IMG/VR virus record: IMGVR_UViG_3300036770_008730
Reading direction: 5' to 3' (one strand)
Length of the DNA stretch: 64,000 bases
Origin: a virus
Taxonomy: Duplodnaviria; Caudoviricetes
Shown here one piece after another: positions 38,701 through 46,429 of this stretch. Each line of letters opens with the position of its first letter. The stretch's first letter is position 1. The notes under the pieces were generated by a model, which had not been told where the DNA came from, did not search any database, and saw nothing but the letters and a program-made list of their open reading frames with translations. The position numbers were made by a program, and so were the translations under genes.

Positions 38701-39511
38701 AGTTACAGTAGAATCACACGCCTCAAGACATTTACCTAATGGTGATGATCCAATTGCAACTGGAGCTCCGTCTACTATAGGTACTGCTAATTCAGAAGGA
38801 ACGGCGAATGCTTTTGCTAGACAAGATCACATTCACGCACATGGTAATCAATCAGGTGGTAGTTTACACGCTACCGCATCAACTTCAACTGCAGGATTTA
38901 TGTCTGCTGAAGATAAAACAACATTTGACGCAATTCCAACCACATACTTAAAACTCACAGGTGGTCAAATCTCAGGATATTTTGGAGTTACTGGATCTTT
39001 GGCATTTACATTTAGTAATGGATTACTAACTGATAGCTCAGTAAATGGATTCGGACTTAGATACACAACCGATTATAAAAATACATTTACATCTAGTTCA
39101 TTAGTATCTAAATCCTACGTTGATGAATTGATTACAGGTTCTGTTAGTAGACTATTAGGTGAAACTACGACTTTATCAAATAGAAGACAATTATTGGAAA
39201 TTACTACTACTGGTTCCACAACAACAATAGCTACGATATCAGTGCCTCAGAATACTACTTCTATCTACGAAGTATATGTTTCAGCAACTAGCTCTACTAC
39301 AGTTTGGGGAGCTTGGAAAAGAGAAATAGTAGTTACTAATCACACAGGAACTGCAAATATCGAGTTTGTAAATTCTCAACTAGATAAACAATCTGGATTA
39401 ATTCCTGCCAATCTATCATTTACATCTTCAACAAGTAACTTATTGATTAGAGTAACTGGTACATCAGGAACCAATGTCTATTGGACATCAAAACATGAAA
39501 GAATAATATAA
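32789..39511 (+). CDS. Giant fibre/tailspike-like protein with G/S/T tract, YadA-like head repeats and two pectinesterase-like beta-helix domains
   Basis: 2240 aa; ASGTYSFASG..AFG..TFG repeats; two IxVAKxGxDFxSIxxAVxSITD...YTVEVxxGVxYE starts. Confidence 0.75.
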   Translation: MANEFVTRKGLISLGGISFPYTQKTSDYIVTSEDYYVDCSGTFSVTLPISDSTNVGRLYVIKNSGSNQVTVFATASQLIDGSATKSLIQYESLQIQSTGNNWVALSAVAGTSGTSGSSGTSGTSGSSGTSGTSGSSGTSGTSGTSGTSGSSGTSGTSGSSGTSGVDGTSGTGFTTISNTADNRVLTSDGATNSANAESNLTFDGNLLSVSGKLSVGLNTVASGTYSFASGRFSESAGDASSAFGNSTFAYGTNSTTFGEETLAYGQSQMVVGKFNSDLNYDDLFVIGNGLDNSNRADLAKFGTNSITFNSNLSLYSLDFSTQSTTSQERRLYWDDKNKTLALGLAGGNVNLQIGQEEFYLASNYTGATLSNGKVVGAVGVSASGDTINAGYYLADGSTPGEFVMGIVTEDIANGDKGYVTEFGLVRGIDTTGSEYSESWLEGDLLYASPTNPGGLTKVKPTAPNLSILTAIVISATSSGSIFVRPTFNGRLDDLDNVEFYGVTPSQDDILQYSATSSLWTRREYSYGAYAAGVISGATAWSQSGNGTITLPTVTVALYDNENFTPPLRIYTLSGTVSGTGTTPALVDNDTNYISIEYNNGSPIWNIDQTGTTINNSSVIRYMIVYRLGNFIHNLEFGNQGSGLVEKLNARIIQTERFARESGLTIGLSGSTGILTISEGVAWNGPYRQSLASVNSADDFIFKNYHVSGNWTYSVSTPFTYSTTLDLINNEFYDDGTDLVSASASKYLVNWYYRGQEINDHIYEVFGNDQYDTFAEAELSGEPSIPELVQSHAILVGRVIVQVGTYSGAAQSAFVSVFQSSSVTSHNDLSGLQGGITNEYYHLSQAEYNNNAYKNVDNQFTTNQTVNGYLLNTNTWTESNILIAGTNSVIGSGVTITDSLTSSNNLWTSQKVYDYSNRDTIEGNKTFSGDILIQGTLSVLDSFTAGTQFTVNTNSVFNGNILPSIDATYDLGSPTFQWDKLYVASQSLYVGGVTISSDNDAINIQRLNLGTEANPVILSASGSEIYINNSIFSSGDSKTIIVAKDGADFTSIKTAVESITDATASNVYTVEVRGGVYYEEPFTIPSYVAVVGESSISTIIEATFSNQTLITLSDQSAIFDAQIQGCTGSGVAAIVYQSSTSPQAQAIAYVENVRFGSNYTHVKVIADGANIIVQCSNVKYGGYPFTEGFVATNTGSGQGRMQLRNVTSTNGGITTTTNLVFARAIASGCGFIVQGCLLTKAVGAAAGTGFLIENGGFLRLTSVNFQRWSKGIYAPADGGSPNIDAVGLNFENNTIDVQIDNPNAIGKIQGTDNYSKTIISPTASLYVVSKDARRIQVAKKGGDFSSIRDAVLSITDSSESNRYTVEVGPGVFYEGLIDLSTRPYVSIVGSNIQTTQVYASASNQNLFKMGIANEISFLSINDVGTLGSGFAGIIADDSGDFSQAHKLSFYNCDIGIKVLSSTQETIFYGEYVDFNGTFSQAVCVDAQGSSFSAFANIENFYTFPGLTGSFAGCVYDTNASLNVAVATLEGFGDDVAFYVENGGKLDVNATDINGYQTGLWIPNIGTASNFNFNGVVINQDVTIPIKIEQPNTIGFFQGSLYNHQLIENNSQDIYWSFLDQFDGELNITRKASVTFADGTTTDLTTLVFETAPMGVISGGIISTFSGLTVSISAGYGYLEVSSGEVHKRIDWSISTLQLPDNSSEYIFINENEILTSQSGLPNIENNILLGRVVTFGGDVLFIDNTRVDTKHADNKLNLFNRNAIGAIYESGSIVSIGSGSYSIDVTAGSYWFGDSNFTPTGGSTVSFTQFYRDGSGEWIIGSTNSITSQYDSGTGALITMSASYFTKHTLYVVGESVDEKYLLVVGQVQYENLVDAEAASLATPPTYFEDGVSPIAAIYVQEGGNSILQIEDIRPVLGFKSSGVNATSDHGNLIGLSDDDHQQYLLISGSRAMTGNLQMGSNSITGVLQVNGVTVESHASRHLPNGDDPIATGAPSTIGTANSEGTANAFARQDHIHAHGNQSGGSLHATASTSTAGFMSAEDKTTFDAIPTTYLKLTGGQISGYFGVTGSLAFTFSNGLLTDSSVNGFGLRYTTDYKNTFTSSSLVSKSYVDELITGSVSRLLGETTTLSNRRQLLEITTTGSTTTIATISVPQNTTSIYEVYVSATSSTTVWGAWKREIVVTNHTGTANIEFVNSQLDKQSGLIPANLSFTSSTSNLLIRVTGTSGTNVYWTSKHERII
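33116..33304 (+). repeat. Coding (GTS/GSS)n tract
   Basis: Direct reading of the sequence. Confidence 0.88.
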
Positions 39512-39512
39512 T

Positions 39513-40118
39513 ATGGCAACATCTAATCTGATAACTAAAAGTATTGGTAGTTCTGAACTACAAAGTGGACTAGGAACTCCAGACCATGTTTCACCTATAG
39601 GGTCTCTTTATGTTGACACCTCAACAGGAGCATTATATCAAAGTAAAAGTGGAACTGCTTCTCAATGGGAAGCATTTCAAACAGCAGGTTATGCAGAAGC
39701 GACTTATGTTGGAAATACCACCGCTACAACTATAGCATCAGCAAATACCTGGGTAATTGTTGGAAATACCTTTACACAAGGAACATCTCTTGGTTTTTCA
39801 GTTTCTACAAATTCGCTCGTGGTTGGTCCTGGTTTCAATGGATTTTATAGAGTAGAGGGAAATATGACTATCGTTTATCAAGCAGGAACAACAGTGGACA
39901 TAGAAGGTGGTGTTTCGATAAATGATGCAAATCCATCCGGTGGCGAATACAATGGTGCGACTGTAACTGCTACTACTTTGACTACACAGAATATAACTAG
40001 TAGCTTTGAAGCTTTCTTAAATGCTGGAGATACATTAAAATTAGCGGTAAGAAACTTAACATCAGCTAGTAATATATTAATAAGACATGGTCAAATACAT
40101 GTTTATAGAATCGGATAA
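39513..40118 (+). CDS. Fibre-associated structural protein
   Basis: Beta-sandwich pattern, coupled to the giant fibre gene. Confidence 0.6.
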   Translation: MATSNLITKSIGSSELQSGLGTPDHVSPIGSLYVDTSTGALYQSKSGTASQWEAFQTAGYAEATYVGNTTATTIASANTWVIVGNTFTQGTSLGFSVSTNSLVVGPGFNGFYRVEGNMTIVYQAGTTVDIEGGVSINDANPSGGEYNGATVTATTLTTQNITSSFEAFLNAGDTLKLAVRNLTSASNILIRHGQIHVYRIG

Positions 40119-40123
40119 ATAAT

Positions 40124-41401
40124 ATGGCAATACTAAATGAAATATCAGTAGGCAGTGTAGTTTATTACTTAGTGGACTCTCAGCCAAATTTTACAGCATC
40201 AACCGGTAGTGTAGCGATATCATTAGAACCTATATATCCCACTATGAATACACCACTAACAAAGTATTATATTTATAGATATGGTAGTTGGTCAAAATGT
40301 CTTAAAGGTGCTGCTTATGGTGAGAGCTACTTAGAGAATTTTACAACACTAAGAGACGCCGGAATAAATACATTCGCGGAAGTAATTTCACTAAACGCTG
40401 GAGTTTTAGATGGATTCACATTCTCCGCAACAGATAGATTAAGATATACCGGAAATAAGATGATAAGAGGGTTTACTTCTATGTCCATGACTATTAGAAG
40501 TGGAAGTGCACAATGGATGGATTTTGAAGCAGGAGTTTCAGGTAATATAATAGCGCCTACAGTATATCAAGGTGGAACTGGTCAAGATAACGCTGGGACA
40601 GTTCAAATAGACTCTCGAAAAATGTTCGATATATCATCAGGAACTGGATCGCCCGCAATCATAGGGGGTACCTATCCGAACAGATTTACTGTCGGACTTA
40701 GATACATCGCTAGAGAGGGTGGTGGTGGTCCTGCAGTTAGAGAACACATACCTAGACATCTTGCACTTACAGTGAACAAGATAGACGAGACAGATTTATT
40801 ATTTTTAGAAGATTGGAGCAGCGGTACTTCATCTACAAATGGATGGACTATTACAAACGATACAACTAACCAATGGTTTATTGGTAGTGCAGAAAATTTC
40901 GGAAGTGGAAATAATTCAATTTACATATCTAATAATAATGGAGTATCAGCTGGTTATACAATAACTACCACCCAAGTTTCTCATTTCTGGAGAGACTTTA
41001 CCTTTCCTAATACATCTGGTGATATATTTCTATCATTTGAGTGGAAATGTAATGGAGAAAATCAGGCGGGTAGTACAACAAACTATGACTATGGTCAAGT
41101 TTATGTGACTACCACCGCAACTACACCAGTGGCGGGTACTGAATTGACACCAACAACGCTAGCAACTACACTAAGTGGTGGTCCAACTGGAAACGGAAGG
41201 ATCGGAGCCAATACAACCACCAGCTTGGGAAAATTTAATTCTGGATATGGCGCAGCCGATAATATATGGAGGACAGAAGTAATAAAAATGAACAACTACA
41301 AGAATCAAACAAAAAGGTTAGTATTTACTTGGGTTAATGATACATCGATAGGAAACAATCCGCCATTTGTTGTTGATAACATTAGAATAGAATCATATTA
41401 A
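40124..41401 (+). CDS. Structural protein with C-terminal Bacteroidota-adhesin-like beta-sandwich
   Basis: NGWTITNDTTNQWFIGSA...SIYISNNNG...HFWRDFTFP...LVFTWVND...VDNI. Confidence 0.6.
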   Translation: MAILNEISVGSVVYYLVDSQPNFTASTGSVAISLEPIYPTMNTPLTKYYIYRYGSWSKCLKGAAYGESYLENFTTLRDAGINTFAEVISLNAGVLDGFTFSATDRLRYTGNKMIRGFTSMSMTIRSGSAQWMDFEAGVSGNIIAPTVYQGGTGQDNAGTVQIDSRKMFDISSGTGSPAIIGGTYPNRFTVGLRYIAREGGGGPAVREHIPRHLALTVNKIDETDLLFLEDWSSGTSSTNGWTITNDTTNQWFIGSAENFGSGNNSIYISNNNGVSAGYTITTTQVSHFWRDFTFPNTSGDIFLSFEWKCNGENQAGSTTNYDYGQVYVTTTATTPVAGTELTPTTLATTLSGGPTGNGRIGANTTTSLGKFNSGYGAADNIWRTEVIKMNNYKNQTKRLVFTWVNDTSIGNNPPFVVDNIRIESY

Positions 41402-41418
41402 AAAATAATATATAGTTA

Positions 41419-42126
41419 ATGAGTTGGAAAATTGGAAAAATAAAAGTTCAAAGAACAACCTGTGTTCAACCAGGTGAGATAGTTGAACCATATATAGTTG
41501 TTACACAAGGAGACATTGATACCAATCTATATGAAGATATCACTTCAATTGAGAATTGGTTTGGTCTATCAGAATATGATTACAAATTTAAAAGGAGAAG
41601 AATTCAGGAATTAGTTCCATCTAATGATACTGATTGGTTAAATCTTACACAAAGTGAGAAATTTATTATCGCTTCGATAAAAGCCACAACTATTGAAAGA
41701 GTAAGAGATGTTTTGGGAAATGACATGAATTCCATCATGGTTAATTTTGATCAAAATTCTCAAAGATGTAGAGAATCCAGATTCAATTTTTGTAGATCTA
41801 TACTACTCAATAATGTTGAAAAATTTGACGCTTTATCAATTTTACAAATACTTGAACAGGATAATCTTTTAGATAGATACATTATTCAAGGTATAGAGGG
41901 AACAAATGATCAGGATTTGATAGAGGGTCTTTTCAACTTTATTGAATCTACTCCATTATCATCATATAATGGTCAAACACAAGATCCTTTTGGTAATAAC
42001 CTAGGAAGATATGAGAGTACTGGAATACTTGCTAGAAATATAAGCTTTTTACCAAACTCTCAGATTACAAATAAAAACGATCTTGTATCAGTTATTATGA
42101 ATTGCTTGAGAGAGGGTATCTATTAA
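41419..42126 (+). CDS. Hypothetical late protein
   Basis: 235-aa ORF, TAATATATA 4 nt before the ATG. Confidence 0.7.
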   Translation: MSWKIGKIKVQRTTCVQPGEIVEPYIVVTQGDIDTNLYEDITSIENWFGLSEYDYKFKRRRIQELVPSNDTDWLNLTQSEKFIIASIKATTIERVRDVLGNDMNSIMVNFDQNSQRCRESRFNFCRSILLNNVEKFDALSILQILEQDNLLDRYIIQGIEGTNDQDLIEGLFNFIESTPLSSYNGQTQDPFGNNLGRYESTGILARNISFLPNSQITNKNDLVSVIMNCLREGIY

Positions 42127-42233
42127 TAGTTTCAGATAACTCTTCAACCTTTTCTATAATCATTTTAGATGTAATATTTTATTTTATTTCATGTCTAAAT
42201 ATAGGTTTTTCAATTTTAATATATACTTATACT

Positions 42234-42998
42234 ATGGTAATGTATAAATTTTATGAATTCAAATCTTCAGACTTTGATCCTATAAAATCTTTTTATCTTA
42301 AAGATGAGTTGAATCCAAAGTTGTGGGAAAATTTCAGATTGGATAAAGAAGTGAGAGAAAACTTACTTACAATCGCGCAGGATTTTTTCGAGAATGTTAA
42401 GATTGATGCTGAGGTTAAAGATATAGCACTTTGTGGATCATTATGTAATTATAATTGGTCTGAAAAGTATTCTGATTTTGACCTACACATAATAATTAAT
42501 TTTTCTGATGTTGATGAAAATTATGAACTGGTTGAAAATCTTTGTGATTATGCTAAGAAGATATGGAATGAACAACATGATATTAAAATAAAAGGATATG
42601 AAGTTGAAATTGCTATTCAAGATGAAGATGATTTGAAAAAGGGTATTTCTCAAGGTAGAATGGGTGGTGTTTTTTCACTTATGAATAATAAGTGGATAAA
42701 AAGGCCTGAAAAAGCTGACTTTGAACCAGATGAAAAGATGATAAAAGAAAAATCCAAATCTTTAATGATACAAATTGATGATATTGAAGATGAAGTGGAT
42801 GAGGATAAATATGAGTCTTTCAAAAATAAAATTGATAAAGTCTGGAAGAAAATAAAAGACTATAGACAGAGTGGTTTACTCAGTGAGAGTGGTGAGTATT
42901 CAGTTGGTAATTTAGTTTTTAAATTATTAAGACGTAATGGATACATTGGTAAGGTTATGGATCTTAAAAGATATGCTTATGATAAACAATTCAAATAA
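42234..42998 (+). CDS. Pol-beta-superfamily nucleotidyltransferase (start revised from 42102 to 42234 or 42240)
   Basis: CGSLCNYNWSEKYSDFDLH (GS...DxD motif) and YEVEIAIQD; late promoter at 42217 lies inside the track's 5' extension. Confidence 0.8.
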   Translation: MVMYKFYEFKSSDFDPIKSFYLKDELNPKLWENFRLDKEVRENLLTIAQDFFENVKIDAEVKDIALCGSLCNYNWSEKYSDFDLHIIINFSDVDENYELVENLCDYAKKIWNEQHDIKIKGYEVEIAIQDEDDLKKGISQGRMGGVFSLMNNKWIKRPEKADFEPDEKMIKEKSKSLMIQIDDIEDEVDEDKYESFKNKIDKVWKKIKDYRQSGLLSESGEYSVGNLVFKLLRRNGYIGKVMDLKRYAYDKQFK

Positions 42999-43000
42999 TT

Positions 43001-43696
43001 ATGGATATTAAAATTCAGGAAATAGAACAAACATTCAAAGATATATTTGAAGAAGAAGACGGTGTAGTAAGCTCCGTAGACACTGTTTATGAAACACCTG
43101 AAGAAGGAGACTTTCTAAAGTTGATTATTTCTATACAAGGTCTATCGGTTCAAGATATCTCAATTATTCACACGAAATTCATTTTTAAAGTTGATACTGG
43201 TAAAAAGAATCTAATAGAGAATTCTTTTATTTATCTTTATGATATAAATTGCGTTTATCATAAAATTGAGTTTTCAAATATACTTGACTTAAAAAGTAAG
43301 ATAGAAGAGATTATAGAATCGAATAATTTCGGAGAGGATCTTCAAATTTTATCTGATTTCATAGAGGCACCTGCGATGTTTTTGAATTATTACATGAGAA
43401 GGGCTAATATAACTGAGTATTCTGTTTTTGATGTTGAGTATGAACCAAAGTTCAAAATACAACCTTGTGATAAAACTACTTTTGATTTTAAAATCAATAT
43501 TAATAATAATTATAATATAGAGTTGTCAATTAGTAAAGTTGATAGACAAGAGGAGGATGAGGTAGATTCATATAAATTTCAATTCAAATTTATGGATGAG
43601 ATTCAAACTGTTCAAACTGATACGCTTAAAAATGTTCACTTTTTTATAGGAAATAATATAGCCAAGCTTTTGGATAAAAAATTGAAAAATAAATAA
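43001..43696 (+). CDS. Hypothetical protein
   Basis: 231-aa ORF, 2 nt downstream of the nucleotidyltransferase gene. Confidence 0.7.
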   Translation: MDIKIQEIEQTFKDIFEEEDGVVSSVDTVYETPEEGDFLKLIISIQGLSVQDISIIHTKFIFKVDTGKKNLIENSFIYLYDINCVYHKIEFSNILDLKSKIEEIIESNNFGEDLQILSDFIEAPAMFLNYYMRRANITEYSVFDVEYEPKFKIQPCDKTTFDFKININNNYNIELSISKVDRQEEDEVDSYKFQFKFMDEIQTVQTDTLKNVHFFIGNNIAKLLDKKLKNK

Positions 43697-43708
43697 AATA
43701 TATACTCT

Positions 43709-44107
43709 ATGATAAAGAAATGGAACGAATATAACGAAGAAGTCTCTTGGTTTTCGAAAAAAGAAGAAAAACCTTCTGACATAACTCCAAAGGGTATAAT
43801 GTCTACTGTTTATCCAGAAGGTGGTAAATTAACATCATATTCTGATGTAAAGGTAAATCCACCACAAAAAAATCCATTAGTTGATGATAAAGTTGATAAA
43901 TCTCTAATACAAGAAATATCTGATAGACTATATGGACCTGATTCGGAAGAATATATCGCAGCTATAAAAGAACTGAATAGTAAATTCAGAAGAGCTAATG
44001 TTTTAGTGGGTCATCAAATGAGAAATCAAGATACCGTGGAAAGAGAAAAACGTAGAGCTGAAGCTGAGCGTGAACTTGCTAACAAATATGGTAGAACTAA
44101 TCCATAA
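43709..44107 (+). CDS. Putative internal head protein
   Basis: MIKKWNEYNEE start; AAATATATA 4 nt upstream. Confidence 0.65.
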   Translation: MIKKWNEYNEEVSWFSKKEEKPSDITPKGIMSTVYPEGGKLTSYSDVKVNPPQKNPLVDDKVDKSLIQEISDRLYGPDSEEYIAAIKELNSKFRRANVLVGHQMRNQDTVEREKRRAEAERELANKYGRTNP

Positions 44108-44164
44108 TTCAATTTTAGGGACTATTCATTTTTAATATATAAATAAATTTTTATTTAAAAATAA

Positions 44165-45862
44165 ATGGCTTCTTATAATAACTTCAATAGCTCTTCAAAT
44201 ACCGGTGGTTTTATTCAAAATTCAGCTGTTGAAAACAAAGGTTTATTCAGTAGAATACTAAGAAATCTATCATCATATGGTATGAATTATGATGATATGA
44301 TTATTCGTAATCAAGTTGGTATTGGTGTTAATGAAGATCCATATGCTGCAAGAGGAAATTCAATGTATGATTTTTTTTCACAGAGAGCTGTAGCTTCTGT
44401 TTTGAATCGAAAATCAATTCCTTATTTAGATAAATCTTATGCTGATAAAAGAAGAATTTTAAGAGAGTATTCTATAAAAGATGAGATACGAGACTTTGTA
44501 AGTTCTCTTTCAGATGAATGTATTATTTACAATGATGAGAGAGATTTTTGTTTTCCAAAAAAAATATCAAATGAATATCCTCAGGAAATTCAAGATAAAT
44601 ATCAAGAATACTTTGAAAAAGTCTATATTAAGTATGGATTTAGTGATAATATCAGTGCTTGGAGTATGATGAAAGACTTCCTTATTGATGGTTATTTAGC
44701 AGTAGAGATAGTCTATGATGATAAAAAGAAAAATATTATTGCTTTCAATAGATTAAGACCTGAGACTTTAGTTCCAGCATATGAACCAAATGTTGGTCAT
44801 CTTTGGATTCAATTTCCAGAAGATCCACAATTAAGAAGAATATTTTTAGATTCTCAAATTGTTTTTATTTCTTACTCTTCTCAGAACGATTATAGTGAGA
44901 CTTCCTATGTTGAGGGTTTAATTAAACCATATAATCAGTTAAAGATTTTAGAACAAACTAGAATTATGTTTAACGTTATTAATGCTACTATGTATCAAAA
45001 GTTTACTATACCAATTAAAGGTATGTCAAGACAAAGAGCTGAAGAGCAAATTGGGCAATTGATACAGGATTACTCAGAGGAAGTAGAATGGGATGATACA
45101 CTTGGTACGTTAAGCATCAATGGTTCAAAACATTTACCTTATAATAAGCAGATTTGGTTTCCTGATGGTGATGCTGGTACACCTAATATGGAATTAGTTA
45201 GTCAAGAAGGTCATAACTTGAATGAACAGGATATGTTGACTTGGTTTTTTAATGCTCTTAAAAGAGCGTCGAGAATACCACTTCAAAGATTTGAAAAAGA
45301 AAGTGGTGGTGGTAATTTAATTACTGATGCTGCTGAGATGACAAGAGATGAGATTAAGTTTTATAATTTTATCAATAGAATAAGGGCTAATTTCAAAGAG
45401 TTAATAGTTAAGCCTCTTAAATTACAAATGTTAATTGAATTTCCAGAATTAAAAGATGATGAGGTTTTCATAAATCAAATAGACATTGGATTCAATACTA
45501 ATCAAGTTTTTGAAGAGTGGAAGAAACTGAATAATATGAGTAAGAAGGCCGAGATTTTTGGAACTTTAATTGGTATTATGAATGGTGAAAAGCCTTATTT
45601 CCATATCGAGTATTTAATTGATAATGTTTTCAAACTTACGGCTGAAGAAAAGGCTGAGAATCAAAAGTATTGGGCTAAGGATGCGGCCGCTGCTGGTGCC
45701 GCTGCTCCCGCTGAGGGTGGTGCTCCTGCTGAAGGTGGTGGTGAAGCTCCTCCTGCTGAGGGTGGTGAAGCTCCTCCTGCTGAGGGTGGTGGTGAAGCTC
45801 CTCCTGCTGAGGGTGGTGGTGAAGCTCCTCCTGCTGAAGGTGGTGGTGAATTTGAATTTTAA
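44165..45862 (+). CDS. gp20: Portal vertex protein (T4 gp20-like)
   Basis: DFLIDGYLAVEI, LIKPYNQLKILE, KRASRIPLQRF, ITDAAEMTRDEIKFYNFINRIRANF; upstream of the protease and capsid genes. Confidence 0.9.
   Translation: MASYNNFNSSSNTGGFIQNSAVENKGLFSRILRNLSSYGMNYDDMIIRNQVGIGVNEDPYAARGNSMYDFFSQRAVASVLNRKSIPYLDKSYADKRRILREYSIKDEIRDFVSSLSDECIIYNDERDFCFPKKISNEYPQEIQDKYQEYFEKVYIKYGFSDNISAWSMMKDFLIDGYLAVEIVYDDKKKNIIAFNRLRPETLVPAYEPNVGHLWIQFPEDPQLRRIFLDSQIVFISYSSQNDYSETSYVEGLIKPYNQLKILEQTRIMFNVINATMYQKFTIPIKGMSRQRAEEQIGQLIQDYSEEVEWDDTLGTLSINGSKHLPYNKQIWFPDGDAGTPNMELVSQEGHNLNEQDMLTWFFNALKRASRIPLQRFEKESGGGNLITDAAEMTRDEIKFYNFINRIRANFKELIVKPLKLQMLIEFPELKDDEVFINQIDIGFNTNQVFEEWKKLNNMSKKAEIFGTLIGIMNGEKPYFHIEYLIDNVFKLTAEEKAENQKYWAKDAAAAGAAAPAEGGAPAEGGGEAPPAEGGEAPPAEGGGEAPPAEGGGEAPPAEGGGEFEF
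45704..45850 (+). repeat. GC-rich coding repeat (PPAEGG(G)EA)n at the portal C-terminus
   Basis: 24/27-bp units read directly. Confidence 0.9.
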
Positions 45863-45871
45863 TAGAATAAA

Positions 45872-45896
45872 AAAACCTATCATTTTGATAGGTTTT
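45872..45896. terminator. Probable bidirectional terminator
   Basis: aaaacctatca-ttt-tgataggtttt between convergent genes. Confidence 0.75.
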
Positions 45897-46272
45897 ATTG
45901 TTTTCTGGATATATTATCAACTCCGTATTTCTCAATTAGAGTTGATTTCATTTTGTTCAAAACTTTTTTATTTTGTATTGGATAATCAACACCAAAGTTT
46001 TTTTGTAAGGTTTTTTTCCTCTTATACTCTGAACATCTTCTACATAAATACTCTCCCCATTTATTATCATATTTTATGTAATTTTTGAATATTACGGATT
46101 TTTCTATTCCACAGTTATCGCATTTGCAAACTATTTTATAATGAGAACCTTTTGACATTAATTCAATCGGAATGATAACTTCTTCTCCTATTGTTACGTC
46201 ATAACCTAAATCTTCGTAGTAGTGATAATTGGACTCACTTATTTTTATTGTTATTTCTCTTGTTAGAATCAT
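45895..46272 (-). CDS. Zinc-ribbon / KxTxxxKYGVxN-repeat protein, likely a homing-endonuclease remnant
   Basis: CKCDNC...CRRC, KKTLQKNFGVDY, KSTLIEKYGVDN; no nuclease domain; antisense within the head operon. Confidence 0.55.
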   Translation of the reverse strand: MILTREITIKISESNYHYYEDLGYDVTIGEEVIIPIELMSKGSHYKIVCKCDNCGIEKSVIFKNYIKYDNKWGEYLCRRCSEYKRKKTLQKNFGVDYPIQNKKVLNKMKSTLIEKYGVDNISRKQ

Positions 46273-46355
46273 AAAAAACCACTTAATTTCTTTTATTTAT
46301 AAAAATATCTAATCTCTCTCTAAAACTTTAAGCTGTTTAATTTTTCAAATGACTG

Positions 46356-46402
46356 TAAAAAATCCACCATTGAAAAATATACGATTTTTGAGTCAATATA
46401 TA
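46356..46402 (+). promoter_or_regulatory. TAAAAAATCCACC box plus CAATATATA upstream of the protease/scaffold gene
   Basis: The same 13-mer occurs at 48600-48612 at nearly the same distance from the promoter core. Confidence 0.6.
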
Positions 46403-46429
46403 ATCTACCACAAAAAATAATTATTTTAA

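Noticed and set aside
20340-41401. Duplicated fibre segments as a diversity-generating retroelement TR/VR pair
   Set aside because: No reverse transcriptase is in the window, and the differences between copies are not adenine-specific; all copies are inside coding modules.
42102-42233. N-terminal 44 aa given to the nucleotidyltransferase by the ORF track
   Set aside because: It starts at TTG inside the previous gene and spans the intergenic late promoter (42217); the real start is likely 42234 or 42240.
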